Positions 15,836 to 24,091 of a DNA stretch of 31,521 nt are shown here, piece by piece. The notes beneath the pieces were generated by a model that saw nothing but the letters and a program-made list of their open reading frames with translations, did no database searches and was not told where the DNA came from. The position numbers were made by a program, and so were the translations under genes. The DNA is from a virus (Duplodnaviria; Caudoviricetes): the IMG/VR virus record IMGVR_UViG_3300014202_000217, positions 1 to 31,521 of that record; one strand, 5' to 3'. Every line of letters begins with the position of its first letter. Position 1 is the first letter of the stretch.

Positions 15836-17203
15836 CTACGCTGCAACCACGGTGCCACCTGGCGGTACAAGCGCTTTAAGACCCGGCTTGGCTTCACTCA
15901 GTTGTATTTGGTTTCCCAACGCTTGCTCAGGTGTTACCAGCTTGACCCGTGGTTTTCGTGCGGGTTGCGGTTCGGGTTGCGGCTCAGGTTGCGCCGGTAA
16001 GAAGCGGGCATCTAGCGCCGGCGCTTCTTCTGCCAGCTTTGTTACGAACGGTGCCCATTGCTCTCTGACAATGGTATCCCACGAAAAATCATCGTGGATG
16101 GCTTGGCTTGTCTTAAGCCGTTGTGCCATAGGCCAAGCATCACCATTGTCGTGCCATTGCGTGTAAAGCTCTTCTAGCGCTTCCGTGATAGCCTTGACAT
16201 CTGGCCAGGCTTGCCAAGCGTCCATCGGTGTCCAGATGACATCCAGCGGATCAAGTGCATAGCCCCAGCGTACAAGTTCCGGCATCGCTGTATAGTTGGT
16301 TGTAGTCACGGGGCAGCCACAAGCTTGCGCTTCAATGAGCGGGATACCGAACCCCTCTGACATGCTGTTACCCATATAGGCGTCAGCGGCATTGTAAAGG
16401 ATGGCTAAATATTGCGCAGGGAACCCGTTCCAATAGTCGTACTGGTTCGGGAAGATCACCCGCTCAGCAATGCCCAGACGTTGCGCCAGTGCGATCAGGT
16501 TCACGCCGCCGAATTTTGTTGTCGGCTCTGTGTGAATGTACAGCTTTGCCAACGGCTTATCCTTGGCAAACTCCGCCCATGCCCGAAGTTGCCCCTGAAA
16601 GAACTTTCGGTCAGGGTATCCTTTGTTTGCTGCTACCATAACGGTTAAATGGCCCTCACAGCGTAGATATTCCCGCTTAAAGCGCTGTACCTGGTCAACG
16701 TTTTCAAGCACCTTGTAAATGTCGGTTTCAATGCCGTGCGGGATGTAGTGATTGTCTATCCCTGCGTCTTTTAGCAGCTTGTGACCCCACTTGCTATAGG
16801 TGAGCGGCATGTATGCGCCTTGCAGTGAATCAATCACAGCTTGCGGAATGGGAAAATGATCAACGGGCAACCATGGCAGCCAAAGGGCAGGGGCGATGTT
16901 CTGTGCCGTGTTCTTCATCACCCACACGTCAATGAGGGATACGACGATGTTCGCTCCAAAGTTTTTTGTGTGCGCCCCGATAATATCGTTACCGTATGGA
17001 TCAGCCCCAGCAGGGTAAATGTGGAACCCATCAACGTCATGTTGCCCACCCTGAAGCCCATACCAGGCGAACTGCGCAATATTTTCACGCCCACCAAATT
17101 CTGGCAACTCTGCCAGGCGAGGCAATAAGGACCGGCCTTGCACGCCATACCCACTGCTAGCCCAAAAAGCGTTACTGCTGTACAACATTCTCAACTTATT
17201 CAT
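15836..17203 (-). CDS. Glycosyltransferase family 4 (GT-B fold) with Pro-rich tail
   Basis: SGYGVQ, YIPHGIETDIY, VAANKG...RK, SMSEGFGIPLIEAQACGCPV (EX7E), FSWD; C-terminal QPEPQPEPQP. Confidence 0.92.
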   Translation of the reverse strand: MNKLRMLYSSNAFWASSGYGVQGRSLLPRLAELPEFGGRENIAQFAWYGLQGGQHDVDGFHIYPAGADPYGNDIIGAHTKNFGANIVVSLIDVWVMKNTAQNIAPALWLPWLPVDHFPIPQAVIDSLQGAYMPLTYSKWGHKLLKDAGIDNHYIPHGIETDIYKVLENVDQVQRFKREYLRCEGHLTVMVAANKGYPDRKFFQGQLRAWAEFAKDKPLAKLYIHTEPTTKFGGVNLIALAQRLGIAERVIFPNQYDYWNGFPAQYLAILYNAADAYMGNSMSEGFGIPLIEAQACGCPVTTTNYTAMPELVRWGYALDPLDVIWTPMDAWQAWPDVKAITEALEELYTQWHDNGDAWPMAQRLKTSQAIHDDFSWDTIVREQWAPFVTKLAEEAPALDARFLPAQPEPQPEPQPARKPRVKLVTPEQALGNQIQLSEAKPGLKALVPPGGTVVAA

Positions 17204-17231
17204 GTCTCACCTTTGATTGCAACTTGACAGC

Positions 17232-17612
17232 TTAGATCCGCTGCTCTTCGTTGTACGTGACAGCCTCCGCCCGAAGTGCTGTAAGCCAGCTTGAGTCATT
17301 CGGGACAAAGGTAACTTCAAATGTTCTATTGTCAACATCGACCCGATCCTTCGCTTGCAGATCGGTATTGTATGGACAGGTAATAAACCAGTCGGCTTTA
17401 CTGATAGGCTGCGCTCCTTCTGTGGTGCGCTCACGTTCGCCGCGCTGGTTGATTTGCCACACGTCGCAGTCAACCGTACCCACAGCCGCCCATGCCTCTG
17501 TGTAGCCGCCCATGCCGTCAGCAGCCAGTGTGCGCCGTTTGATTATGCCGGTAGAGGACATAGCGCTTTCTTCAATTTCTCGCATGGCGGACAGTTCAGC
17601 AGCACTTAACAC
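17232..17612 (-). CDS. Head closure / head-tail joining protein (SPP1 gp16-like)
   Basis: DGMGGY..W, TDLQAKDRV.V..RTFEV motifs and synteny. Confidence 0.85.
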   Translation of the reverse strand: MLSAAELSAMREIEESAMSSTGIIKRRTLAADGMGGYTEAWAAVGTVDCDVWQINQRGERERTTEGAQPISKADWFITCPYNTDLQAKDRVDVDNRTFEVTFVPNDSSWLTALRAEAVTYNEEQRI

Positions 17613-18163
17613 ATGTCCCCCCGTTCCATTACAGCCTGTGTCGGGCGTGCCATGCTATCGTAGAGACTCGCCAGATCAAAGCAGTGTTTGAACCATTGTG
17701 ACCGGCTGTAGGCGCGTCCCTCGACTTTGAAATCGTAGCCGGCTGACTGTTGCCCGGCTTTCTCGCGCCACCCGTCCGCTACAGCGCCATACAGATCGTA
17801 GCTGCGTCCATCAAGATAACGGGCGCTGCCGGCCTGGTTAGCCGTGAACGTAACAACCCCGTTTTGGGCATCCAGGGTGTAGCCGGTTGTGATAGACGAT
17901 CCAACGCTGTCATGCAGGCGAAAGGCAGCGGTGCCCGAAGCTGTTCCTTCCAGGTTGCCATAAGGAGCGGTGTAAACGTGATAGACCACCGTGCCCGAAG
18001 CGATCTGCTGTGCAGTCACCACCAACGGCTGTTGGTAGAAGTCGATCCGGTGTGCGTCCAAAACTTCCTGCGCACGGTCATCAGTAAAAGCAACCGTGCC
18101 CGTATCGCTCACCAGGTTACGGAACTGCGATATGAGGCTTGACATCCCGTCTCTTGCTGCCAT
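17606..18163 (-). CDS. Head-tail adaptor/connector protein
   Basis: Follows capsid genes; R.LVSD...FTD...L and YDLYGAVADGWREKA...DFKVEG..YSRSQ pattern. Confidence 0.7.
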   Translation of the reverse strand: MAARDGMSSLISQFRNLVSDTGTVAFTDDRAQEVLDAHRIDFYQQPLVVTAQQIASGTVVYHVYTAPYGNLEGTASGTAAFRLHDSVGSSITTGYTLDAQNGVVTFTANQAGSARYLDGRSYDLYGAVADGWREKAGQQSAGYDFKVEGRAYSRSQWFKHCFDLASLYDSMARPTQAVMERGDMC

Positions 18164-18184
18164 CGTTTACTTCCTCGCAAATTC

Positions 18185-18279
18185 AAGCCCACAGGAAGGG
18201 CAATGTTAAACGAAAGTGCCCGCATGATACATTTGTGCCATTTCAAGCACTTCGCCTCGCCTTGCCCTTCCTGTGCTTT
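18185..18279 (-). other. Long rod-like intergenic RNA hairpin
   Basis: Outer 14-bp arms CACAGGAAGGGCAA/TTGCCCTTCCTGTG (18190-18203, 18262-18275) plus inner CGAAGUGCUUG/CGGGCACUUUCG and AUGGCAC/GUAUCAU stems. Confidence 0.7.
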
Positions 18280-18666
18280 CTACGCCTGCCCTAATACGTA
18301 GTCAAGCTGTACCAACATGCTCGCAAAGGTGCCGGTACCCTCTTCGTTGTACTTCACAGCAACAACGTCACCAGCCGCCAATGCCCCTTCACTGACAGTG
18401 AAGGAAACGGGCAGTAGTGCCGTCCAGCCGGCTGTACCGCCGATAGTGCCGCCGATCTGCGTAGTTGCAGTACCGGCAGACCCACCATTCAGCAAAGCCA
18501 AGTCGAAGTAGTTGGCAGTACTGCCATTAACGACGTTCGTTACGATCACCTTGGCGCTCTCAATTTCACACGCCAGGGGCGCAACGAACACAGGAATCAC
18601 GTCGTCAGCGCCGGGATCAAAGTCCACGAATGCGACAACGCTGTGCTTATTCTGAGACCCAAACAT
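18280..18666 (-). CDS. Capsid decoration/cement-like protein
   Basis: 128-aa beta-rich Gly/Thr/Ala protein directly after the major capsid gene with strong AAGGAGG RBS. Confidence 0.65.
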   Translation of the reverse strand: MFGSQNKHSVVAFVDFDPGADDVIPVFVAPLACEIESAKVIVTNVVNGSTANYFDLALLNGGSAGTATTQIGGTIGGTAGWTALLPVSFTVSEGALAAGDVVAVKYNEEGTGTFASMLVQLDYVLGQA

Positions 18667-18680
18667 AGTACATTTCCTCC

Positions 18681-19529
18681 TTAGCTCGGTGTAGTCACGT
18701 CGCTGGTGTACTTGACACCGAACGTAGGACGACGCACACCATGAGCATAGCCGCCGACAAGGTTAAGTTCCCAGGCCCGCAAGCTTGCGTCGCGCTCAGG
18801 CTCCAACGTAGGCGCCTTGCGACTGTCGAAAGCCAACGCTTCAGGGTTGAAGACACCAGAGACAGCATCAGCGTCACTGTCTGTGGCAATGTTGGCATTG
18901 ACAACCCAACGCAAGCCCAGGAAGTTGCCAACATAGAAGTCACGCATTGCCTGGTTAGCCGTGTCGCCCAGGAAAGCATTGGTTGCCGCTGGCTGCCCTA
19001 ACTCAACCCAAATGTCGTGCCAGGCGTAAGGGTGGAGAACTGCATACAGCGGGTTCATCACCTTGCTGTTGCGCAGAACAGACTGTGCAACGCCAAACTT
19101 GGCGAGCGTAGCCGTTTGACCGGCCCCCGGCCCAACGTCCGTGCTAAAGCTGGCAAAGTCGCCCACAATATCGGTGTCGATCTTAGTCGCCATTGCATTC
19201 CCAAGCTCTTGAGCGCAAGAGCGCATAGCGTCGTCGGGATCGGTTTCCTGCATCACGTCAGTAAGAACGGACTGCGCCATAACTTCACCGGGAGTGAGTG
19301 TCGCCAACACAGACTTGCTGAATGTCTGCGCATTGGCATAGTCTTGCCCCTCTGTCACATCCTCAGCAGTGAGGGTTGCCCACTGCCCGATCTTGCGATC
19401 TGCATAGCCGGTGCCACTGTAGATGGTTACCAGTTGCAGCATCACATTCATCTCACGAGCGACGAAAAGCGCACGCTCGTAAATGTTGTTAAAAAGCGAG
19501 TTCAAGTCGCTCTTTTTCGTAATAGCCAT
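18681..19529 (-). CDS. Major capsid protein (HK97 fold, no delta domain)
   Basis: 282 aa after the scaffold; ELGNAMATKIDTDI, AVLHPYAWHDI, VGNFLGLRWV, LEPERDAS...YAHGVRRP. Confidence 0.9.
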   Translation of the reverse strand: MAITKKSDLNSLFNNIYERALFVAREMNVMLQLVTIYSGTGYADRKIGQWATLTAEDVTEGQDYANAQTFSKSVLATLTPGEVMAQSVLTDVMQETDPDDAMRSCAQELGNAMATKIDTDIVGDFASFSTDVGPGAGQTATLAKFGVAQSVLRNSKVMNPLYAVLHPYAWHDIWVELGQPAATNAFLGDTANQAMRDFYVGNFLGLRWVVNANIATDSDADAVSGVFNPEALAFDSRKAPTLEPERDASLRAWELNLVGGYAHGVRRPTFGVKYTSDVTTPS

Positions 19530-19543
19530 TGTGTATTACCTCA

Positions 19544-20209
19544 CTACTCGTCAAATAGACTCGTTGGCAAAACAACGCCACCACCACCAAAGAAGCTCTT
19601 GGCATTGCCGCCAAAGAACTCTTGACGGAATTGTGCTTCTTTCTGTTCAGGTGTTAGGGTTGCCCCGGCTGCTGCGTTGACTGCGTTCACTGTGGGCAAC
19701 GGTCGCTTCAGTAGCCCCGGAAAACGCTCAGCCACCGACTTAACCACATCCGCTGCATTTGTCACGTTGCCCGCTTCATCGACAGTCAACGCTTTCAAGT
19801 CGGCCAACTTTAGCGCAGCCTCTGGATCTAGCCCGATAGCGCCGGCAGCTTTCGCTACAGCCGCCTCTATGGACTTCTCCTTGGTTTGTGCGCTCAACTG
19901 TTGATTCTGCTGTTCCAGTTGTTGCACTTGCGCTTGTTGGCTCTGTTGACCTTGCTGTAGCTCAGTCAACTGCTGTCGGACGCTGTCATAGTCGGCGTAC
20001 TTGCGCCGCTCCTGCTCCAACCGTTGCTGAATGATCGTATTCAACTCAGCTTGCGTGAAAGTTTTTGCCTGCTGTACCGACTGTTGCTGACCGGCATTAT
20101 CCCCTGCCGTTTGGGTATCCGCCTGTACATCCTGCGCTGCTTCCACTTGCGCCTCTTGCGCTGCCTCCTGAACTGTCTCTGTGGTAGTTACTTTTGCTTT
20201 ACCTGACAT
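19544..20209 (-). CDS. Capsid scaffolding protein
   Basis: KTFTQAELN.IIQQRLEQERRKYADYD motif, Gln-rich coiled coil, upstream of major capsid gene. Confidence 0.9.
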   Translation of the reverse strand: MSGKAKVTTTETVQEAAQEAQVEAAQDVQADTQTAGDNAGQQQSVQQAKTFTQAELNTIIQQRLEQERRKYADYDSVRQQLTELQQGQQSQQAQVQQLEQQNQQLSAQTKEKSIEAAVAKAAGAIGLDPEAALKLADLKALTVDEAGNVTNAADVVKSVAERFPGLLKRPLPTVNAVNAAAGATLTPEQKEAQFRQEFFGGNAKSFFGGGGVVLPTSLFDE

Positions 20210-20279
20210 TTTTCTCTTTCCTCTTTCGAGTAATGGTCATAGACCCGCCCGAATGCACCCGGCGACGGTGTTTTGCATG

Positions 20280-20597
20280 TTAACGCTGTAGCCCAGCGTG
20301 TGATCGAAAAGTCTTTGGGTTGCGAGACGCAAGCCTGTAAATGTCGGCTGCTGACGCCTCTACACCCATTCTCTGCTGAATCTCTGCCCACCAGGTAGCA
20401 AAGTGCTGTGGGATCAAGATTCTGCGCTCTGGTGCCCCTTCCGGCTGTGGAACGGGTGCGCCTTTCTTCCACAGGTCGGTAATCGCCCCTTCAGCCCAGG
20501 CATAGCCCAAGCATAGGGGAAGTAGCTTAGCCTTCAAGTCTTCCAGGCTGACGATTCTCGGTTGCATCGCCTGTGTTGGTGTTAGTATCTGCTTCAT
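20280..20597 (-). CDS. Hypothetical protein between portal and scaffold
   Basis: ATGA-coupled to portal stop; fills the gap. Confidence 0.65.
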   Translation of the reverse strand: MKQILTPTQAMQPRIVSLEDLKAKLLPLCLGYAWAEGAITDLWKKGAPVPQPEGAPERRILIPQHFATWWAEIQQRMGVEASAADIYRLASRNPKTFRSHAGLQR

Positions 20598-22012
20598 TCC
20601 CGACTCACCTCAATCGTACCCATTGCCGGCGTGAACACTCTGCCTGGCGCTGGCTCGTCCGGCTTCTCATCCTCGACGCGAGCCGCCTCCGACTCATAGT
20701 CATAGCCGCGCTTCTCGCTGATTGTCTGCCGGCTGGCTAGTTCATAATCAAGATCAAACTGTTGTCCCTCACGCTCTGCCCTATCGTCTACCGGTAACGG
20801 CTCTTGCCAGAGGAGCTTGACAACGTGGTTGTCGCCCATACCCATTAAGTCAAGCAGGCGCCGGTTTGTTTCCACCAGGGCATTACCGTAGAGACTGCGC
20901 TTAATGCCCGTCTTCAGGATTAAATCGTTGAACAACACCTTCAGTGCAAAGCCGGACTGCGCGCCAATCGCCATGCGATCTGGATCGGACTCAGGCACAC
21001 CAGTCACCTCAGCGAACGCTGTGCGAAGGAAGCGCAGATACTCCTGTGCGCTGTTCATATCACGCCCCAGCTCCAAGGCGCCCATGGAGGCATTCTCGTT
21101 CTGGCTCATCATCATCTGCGACGTGTCGACGGCTACTGAATCCTTGCCGAACAGCCGCGACCACACCAGTGGGTGCGCAAAAATACGAATAATTCGATTA
21201 ATGTTCGACGCCACCATATTAATGGCGTCGTTTAAGTCGGCGTCCTCCAAATCGGACTGCCCAAAATAGCTATTCGGGCTAGGCAGATTCTTGCCGTGGA
21301 CGATCATGGGATAAGGGAACGGCCACAACTGTGGCTCGGTCATGCGCTCCCAGCGCCCTGCCTTCCACACTTCATCCCAGGTAGACCAGTCCTGTCCTGT
21401 TTCGTTCAAAGCGTGCATGGTGCGCCACACTTCGTTGCCTCTTGGTTGGCGCAACTCGAATGCCCACTCCTTGTCAATGTCATTCGGATCGGTATGTGGG
21501 AAGACAACAGCCGGATTGAGATTAATCACCCTTGGCAGCTCCTCGCCCGGCGCCGGTGGCACAATCTGTAGGTAGAAGTCGCCGGTAACGCCCCCATTCA
21601 TGCCAAGTTCAGCGAGAAACGCCATGCGCTTCTCTGGACTGCCCCAAATGCGTTCTAGCATGATTTCCTCTGGCGTATCAGTACCCTCTACCAACTGCCA
21701 TACCAACGGCTTGCCAAAGAGGAAGTACACGCCTTTATTGACAACACGCCGGCTTAGGTTGACTACCAGGTTGTCGTCAGGACCGCGCCCTGCCGGCGTC
21801 ATGCGAACTTTCAAATGCTTCCGGTGTTCGCCTCTGTAGTATTCCCACAGCAGCTTGTAACGCTCCACACGCTCGCGCTCGGCATCTGCCATGGTCGCCA
21901 CCCGGTACACCTGGCTGTCGGTTGGCGTAGCGTTCGGCGTGCCGTACCAGGCGGAATACGCTGCCTTATAGGCTGATTGTAGTCTTTCCCAGAAAGTTGC
22001 CATTGTTACCAC
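20594..22012 (-). CDS. Portal protein (SPP1 gp6-like)
   Basis: WEYYRGEH, VNLSRRVVNKGVYFLFG, GQSDL, SGFALKV, W.EPLP motifs; follows TerL. Start may be ATG 22003. Confidence 0.92.
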   Translation of the reverse strand: MVTMATFWERLQSAYKAAYSAWYGTPNATPTDSQVYRVATMADAERERVERYKLLWEYYRGEHRKHLKVRMTPAGRGPDDNLVVNLSRRVVNKGVYFLFGKPLVWQLVEGTDTPEEIMLERIWGSPEKRMAFLAELGMNGGVTGDFYLQIVPPAPGEELPRVINLNPAVVFPHTDPNDIDKEWAFELRQPRGNEVWRTMHALNETGQDWSTWDEVWKAGRWERMTEPQLWPFPYPMIVHGKNLPSPNSYFGQSDLEDADLNDAINMVASNINRIIRIFAHPLVWSRLFGKDSVAVDTSQMMMSQNENASMGALELGRDMNSAQEYLRFLRTAFAEVTGVPESDPDRMAIGAQSGFALKVLFNDLILKTGIKRSLYGNALVETNRRLLDLMGMGDNHVVKLLWQEPLPVDDRAEREGQQFDLDYELASRQTISEKRGYDYESEAARVEDEKPDEPAPGRVFTPAMGTIEVSRE

Positions 22013-23358
22013 ACAGGATTTTCTATAATTTCAGCCTCGCCCGGCTGATTCAACATAAGCTCGGTCAATCCCCACACGGCTGCGTCTAAGCGATCCGGCG
22101 AGTCTTCGCCAGGAACCCAGGTGCAAAGCTCGTCCTCTAGTTCAGCAAACAGCCCGACGTGGTGAACACGCCTCTGCTCGTAAAGGGCTGAGATTGGCTC
22201 TGCTCGCGTATATTTGCCCCGGCTTGCCCTGACTGCCTTAAAGGAAATATGTGGGCTTGTACGCTCGCCCTTGGCGTACAGGGCTTGGGCTGCTGTCACC
22301 ACAACATGCTCGACCATCTCTCCACCTTGATTAGTCTCGGCGACGACACAATCGGCAGAGAGACGATCGAATAAACGAACCACTTGCTCTCCCCACTTTG
22401 CCGGCTTCTCTTTGCAAGTCGCGTCCGCTATGACATACCCATGTCCAGTAGCGTCGACGCCTGCAGCGATTATGCCGGTATTATTGCTACTCTCGCCTGA
22501 AGTTGCTCCGGGATCTACAGCCACCACCAGCCGGACCAGCGCCGGAGCCTCTCGCACCCTTGTCGCCTCAAGGGTGTCACGCGTCCAGAGAGCACCAGGA
22601 GTATCGAGCAGGAGAGCCCCGTAGAGTTCCTGCTGTCCGAGTCGTGTGCCCTCGTATCTTTTTACGATCTCCCGAATGAATGTCGGCGAGAGATTAGCCA
22701 GATTTTCATAAGTCGAGCCCCTGGTAATAAAGGAGGACTCGTCCTTCACCAACTCCTTGATAATCGGTATCGGTCTTGGTGTCGTCGTGACGACAGCCTG
22801 TGGCTGCCCACCCAGACGAAGCCCTAGCACCAGGTTGTCCCATGTGTCTTTGGGATATTTGAACTTCGCCAGTTCGTCCACCCAAGCACTGCCATGCTGT
22901 GGACCTCGCAACTGATCCGGCTCGTCGCCACTGAAGACAGTAGCAATCATGCCGTTTGACCAAGTCAGCCGGCGCTTCGACGGCTCATACACCGGCTTAA
23001 ACCACGGTGGCGAACATTTTAGTATGCTGCTGTCGCCAACCTCAATCATGGTGTCGCGCACGTCGGCTTTTGTTTGTCCAACAAGGGCTATCGGGAAGTA
23101 CGGACCGTTCTTTGCCCTATCAATAACCCATTCGGCGCCAATGCGAGTCTTGCCGAACCCACGCCCAGACAGAATCAGCCAGGTGAACCAGTCGCCGGTT
23201 GGGGCAAGCTGGTTTGGGCGCGCCCAGAACTGCCAAAGGTACTCAAGCGCCTTCTGCTCCGTCTCCGTTGGCGCCAGCTCCAGCAGCGCCGAGCTGCGCT
23301 CTGAGTCGGGCAGCGACGCTATCAATTCGGCTAAGGATGCGTTCTGTCGCTGACTCAT
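22006..23358 (-). CDS. terL: Terminase large subunit
   Basis: Walker A SGRGFGKT, LRGPQ...WVDE, VVTTTPR, nuclease VAVDP and SPDRLDA. Confidence 0.96.
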   Translation of the reverse strand: MSQRQNASLAELIASLPDSERSSALLELAPTETEQKALEYLWQFWARPNQLAPTGDWFTWLILSGRGFGKTRIGAEWVIDRAKNGPYFPIALVGQTKADVRDTMIEVGDSSILKCSPPWFKPVYEPSKRRLTWSNGMIATVFSGDEPDQLRGPQHGSAWVDELAKFKYPKDTWDNLVLGLRLGGQPQAVVTTTPRPIPIIKELVKDESSFITRGSTYENLANLSPTFIREIVKRYEGTRLGQQELYGALLLDTPGALWTRDTLEATRVREAPALVRLVVAVDPGATSGESSNNTGIIAAGVDATGHGYVIADATCKEKPAKWGEQVVRLFDRLSADCVVAETNQGGEMVEHVVVTAAQALYAKGERTSPHISFKAVRASRGKYTRAEPISALYEQRRVHHVGLFAELEDELCTWVPGEDSPDRLDAAVWGLTELMLNQPGEAEIIENPVW

Positions 23359-23791
23359 TCTCTCTCACTTCCAGTGAGCCTCCCACGTCCAGCTTATCGG
23401 TAAAGAGTTGGTGGTGGCGCCCGATATTGATAAGCGCTGTCTGGGCGTCGTGGAACTCAACGGCTTTGCCATACTTCGTCGGCTTTATTGCTTTAATAAG
23501 GTGCATTTTGCCGTCACGCTTCATGGCTGGCAGATCGACGGAGCCGTCCTCAAGCAGATAAGCGCTGTATTCAGCTCTAGCCTGCTCTGCCAGCCGTACA
23601 AGTGCCTCGTCAGCACTCATAGTCTTCTCGGCAAGCCGGCGCTGGATCTCTTCGGCTAAACTAGGATTTACAATGTTTTTCGGCCCTTCGACATTAGGGT
23701 GAGCGTATCCGGCCCGTCTCGCAGCTTCCGTTGCGTTCCAGGTTGACAGATACTCTTCTAACCAAACCTCTTGCTTTTTGCTGAGTGCCAT
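23243..23791 (-). CDS. terS: Terminase small subunit
   Basis: LSKKQEVWLEEYL..WNATEAARRAGY N-terminal HTH; overlaps terL start by 116 nt. Confidence 0.92.
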   Translation of the reverse strand: MALSKKQEVWLEEYLSTWNATEAARRAGYAHPNVEGPKNIVNPSLAEEIQRRLAEKTMSADEALVRLAEQARAEYSAYLLEDGSVDLPAMKRDGKMHLIKAIKPTKYGKAVEFHDAQTALINIGRHHQLFTDKLDVGGSLEVRENESATERILSRIDSVAARLRAQLGAAGAGANGDGAEGA

Positions 23792-23805
23792 TCGTGTTTT
23801 GCCGG

Positions 23806-23850
23806 AAAAGAAAAAACGCCACCGATCCGGTTTCCCGAACCAATGGCGTC
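23806..23850 (-). terminator. Leader terminator between late promoter and terS
   Basis: GACGCCAUUGGUUCGG-GAAA-CCGGAUCGGUGGCGUU followed by UUUUCUUUU; 16 bp, five G-U pairs, GNRA loop. Confidence 0.8.
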
Positions 23851-23873
23851 ATGCGCTCTAAAAAATATAGTGC

Positions 23874-24083
23874 CTAATTGCTTGCTATGCTATCACGAAG
23901 TGGTACCTTTGTCAACAATTTTTTGCCAACATATCGGCGCTCTACCACAGGGGTTCCGGTGCGCAGAGTCTCCACAATATCAACTGTGTGCAACCAGCCG
24001 TCACGCAGGCATTCGATTTTCCCATTCCTGGAAACAATGAACAGCAGGTGTCCCCCGCTGCGAACTTCGATAGGCTCACCCAT
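23874..24083 (-). CDS. Small beta-rich protein, possible late regulator (similar to 12407-12589)
   Basis: Follows CHAT gene with GGGGG RBS; GHLLFIVSRNGKIECLRDGWLHTVDI motif. Confidence 0.65.
   Translation of the reverse strand: MGEPIEVRSGGHLLFIVSRNGKIECLRDGWLHTVDIVETLRTGTPVVERRYVGKKLLTKVPLRDSIASN
23887..23915 (-). promoter_or_regulatory. Sigma70-type late promoter
   Basis: TTGACA (23915-23910), 17 nt, TGn-TAGCAT (23892-23887); lies inside the 3' end of the 69-aa ORF. Confidence 0.75.
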
Positions 24084-24091
24084 TGCGCCCC

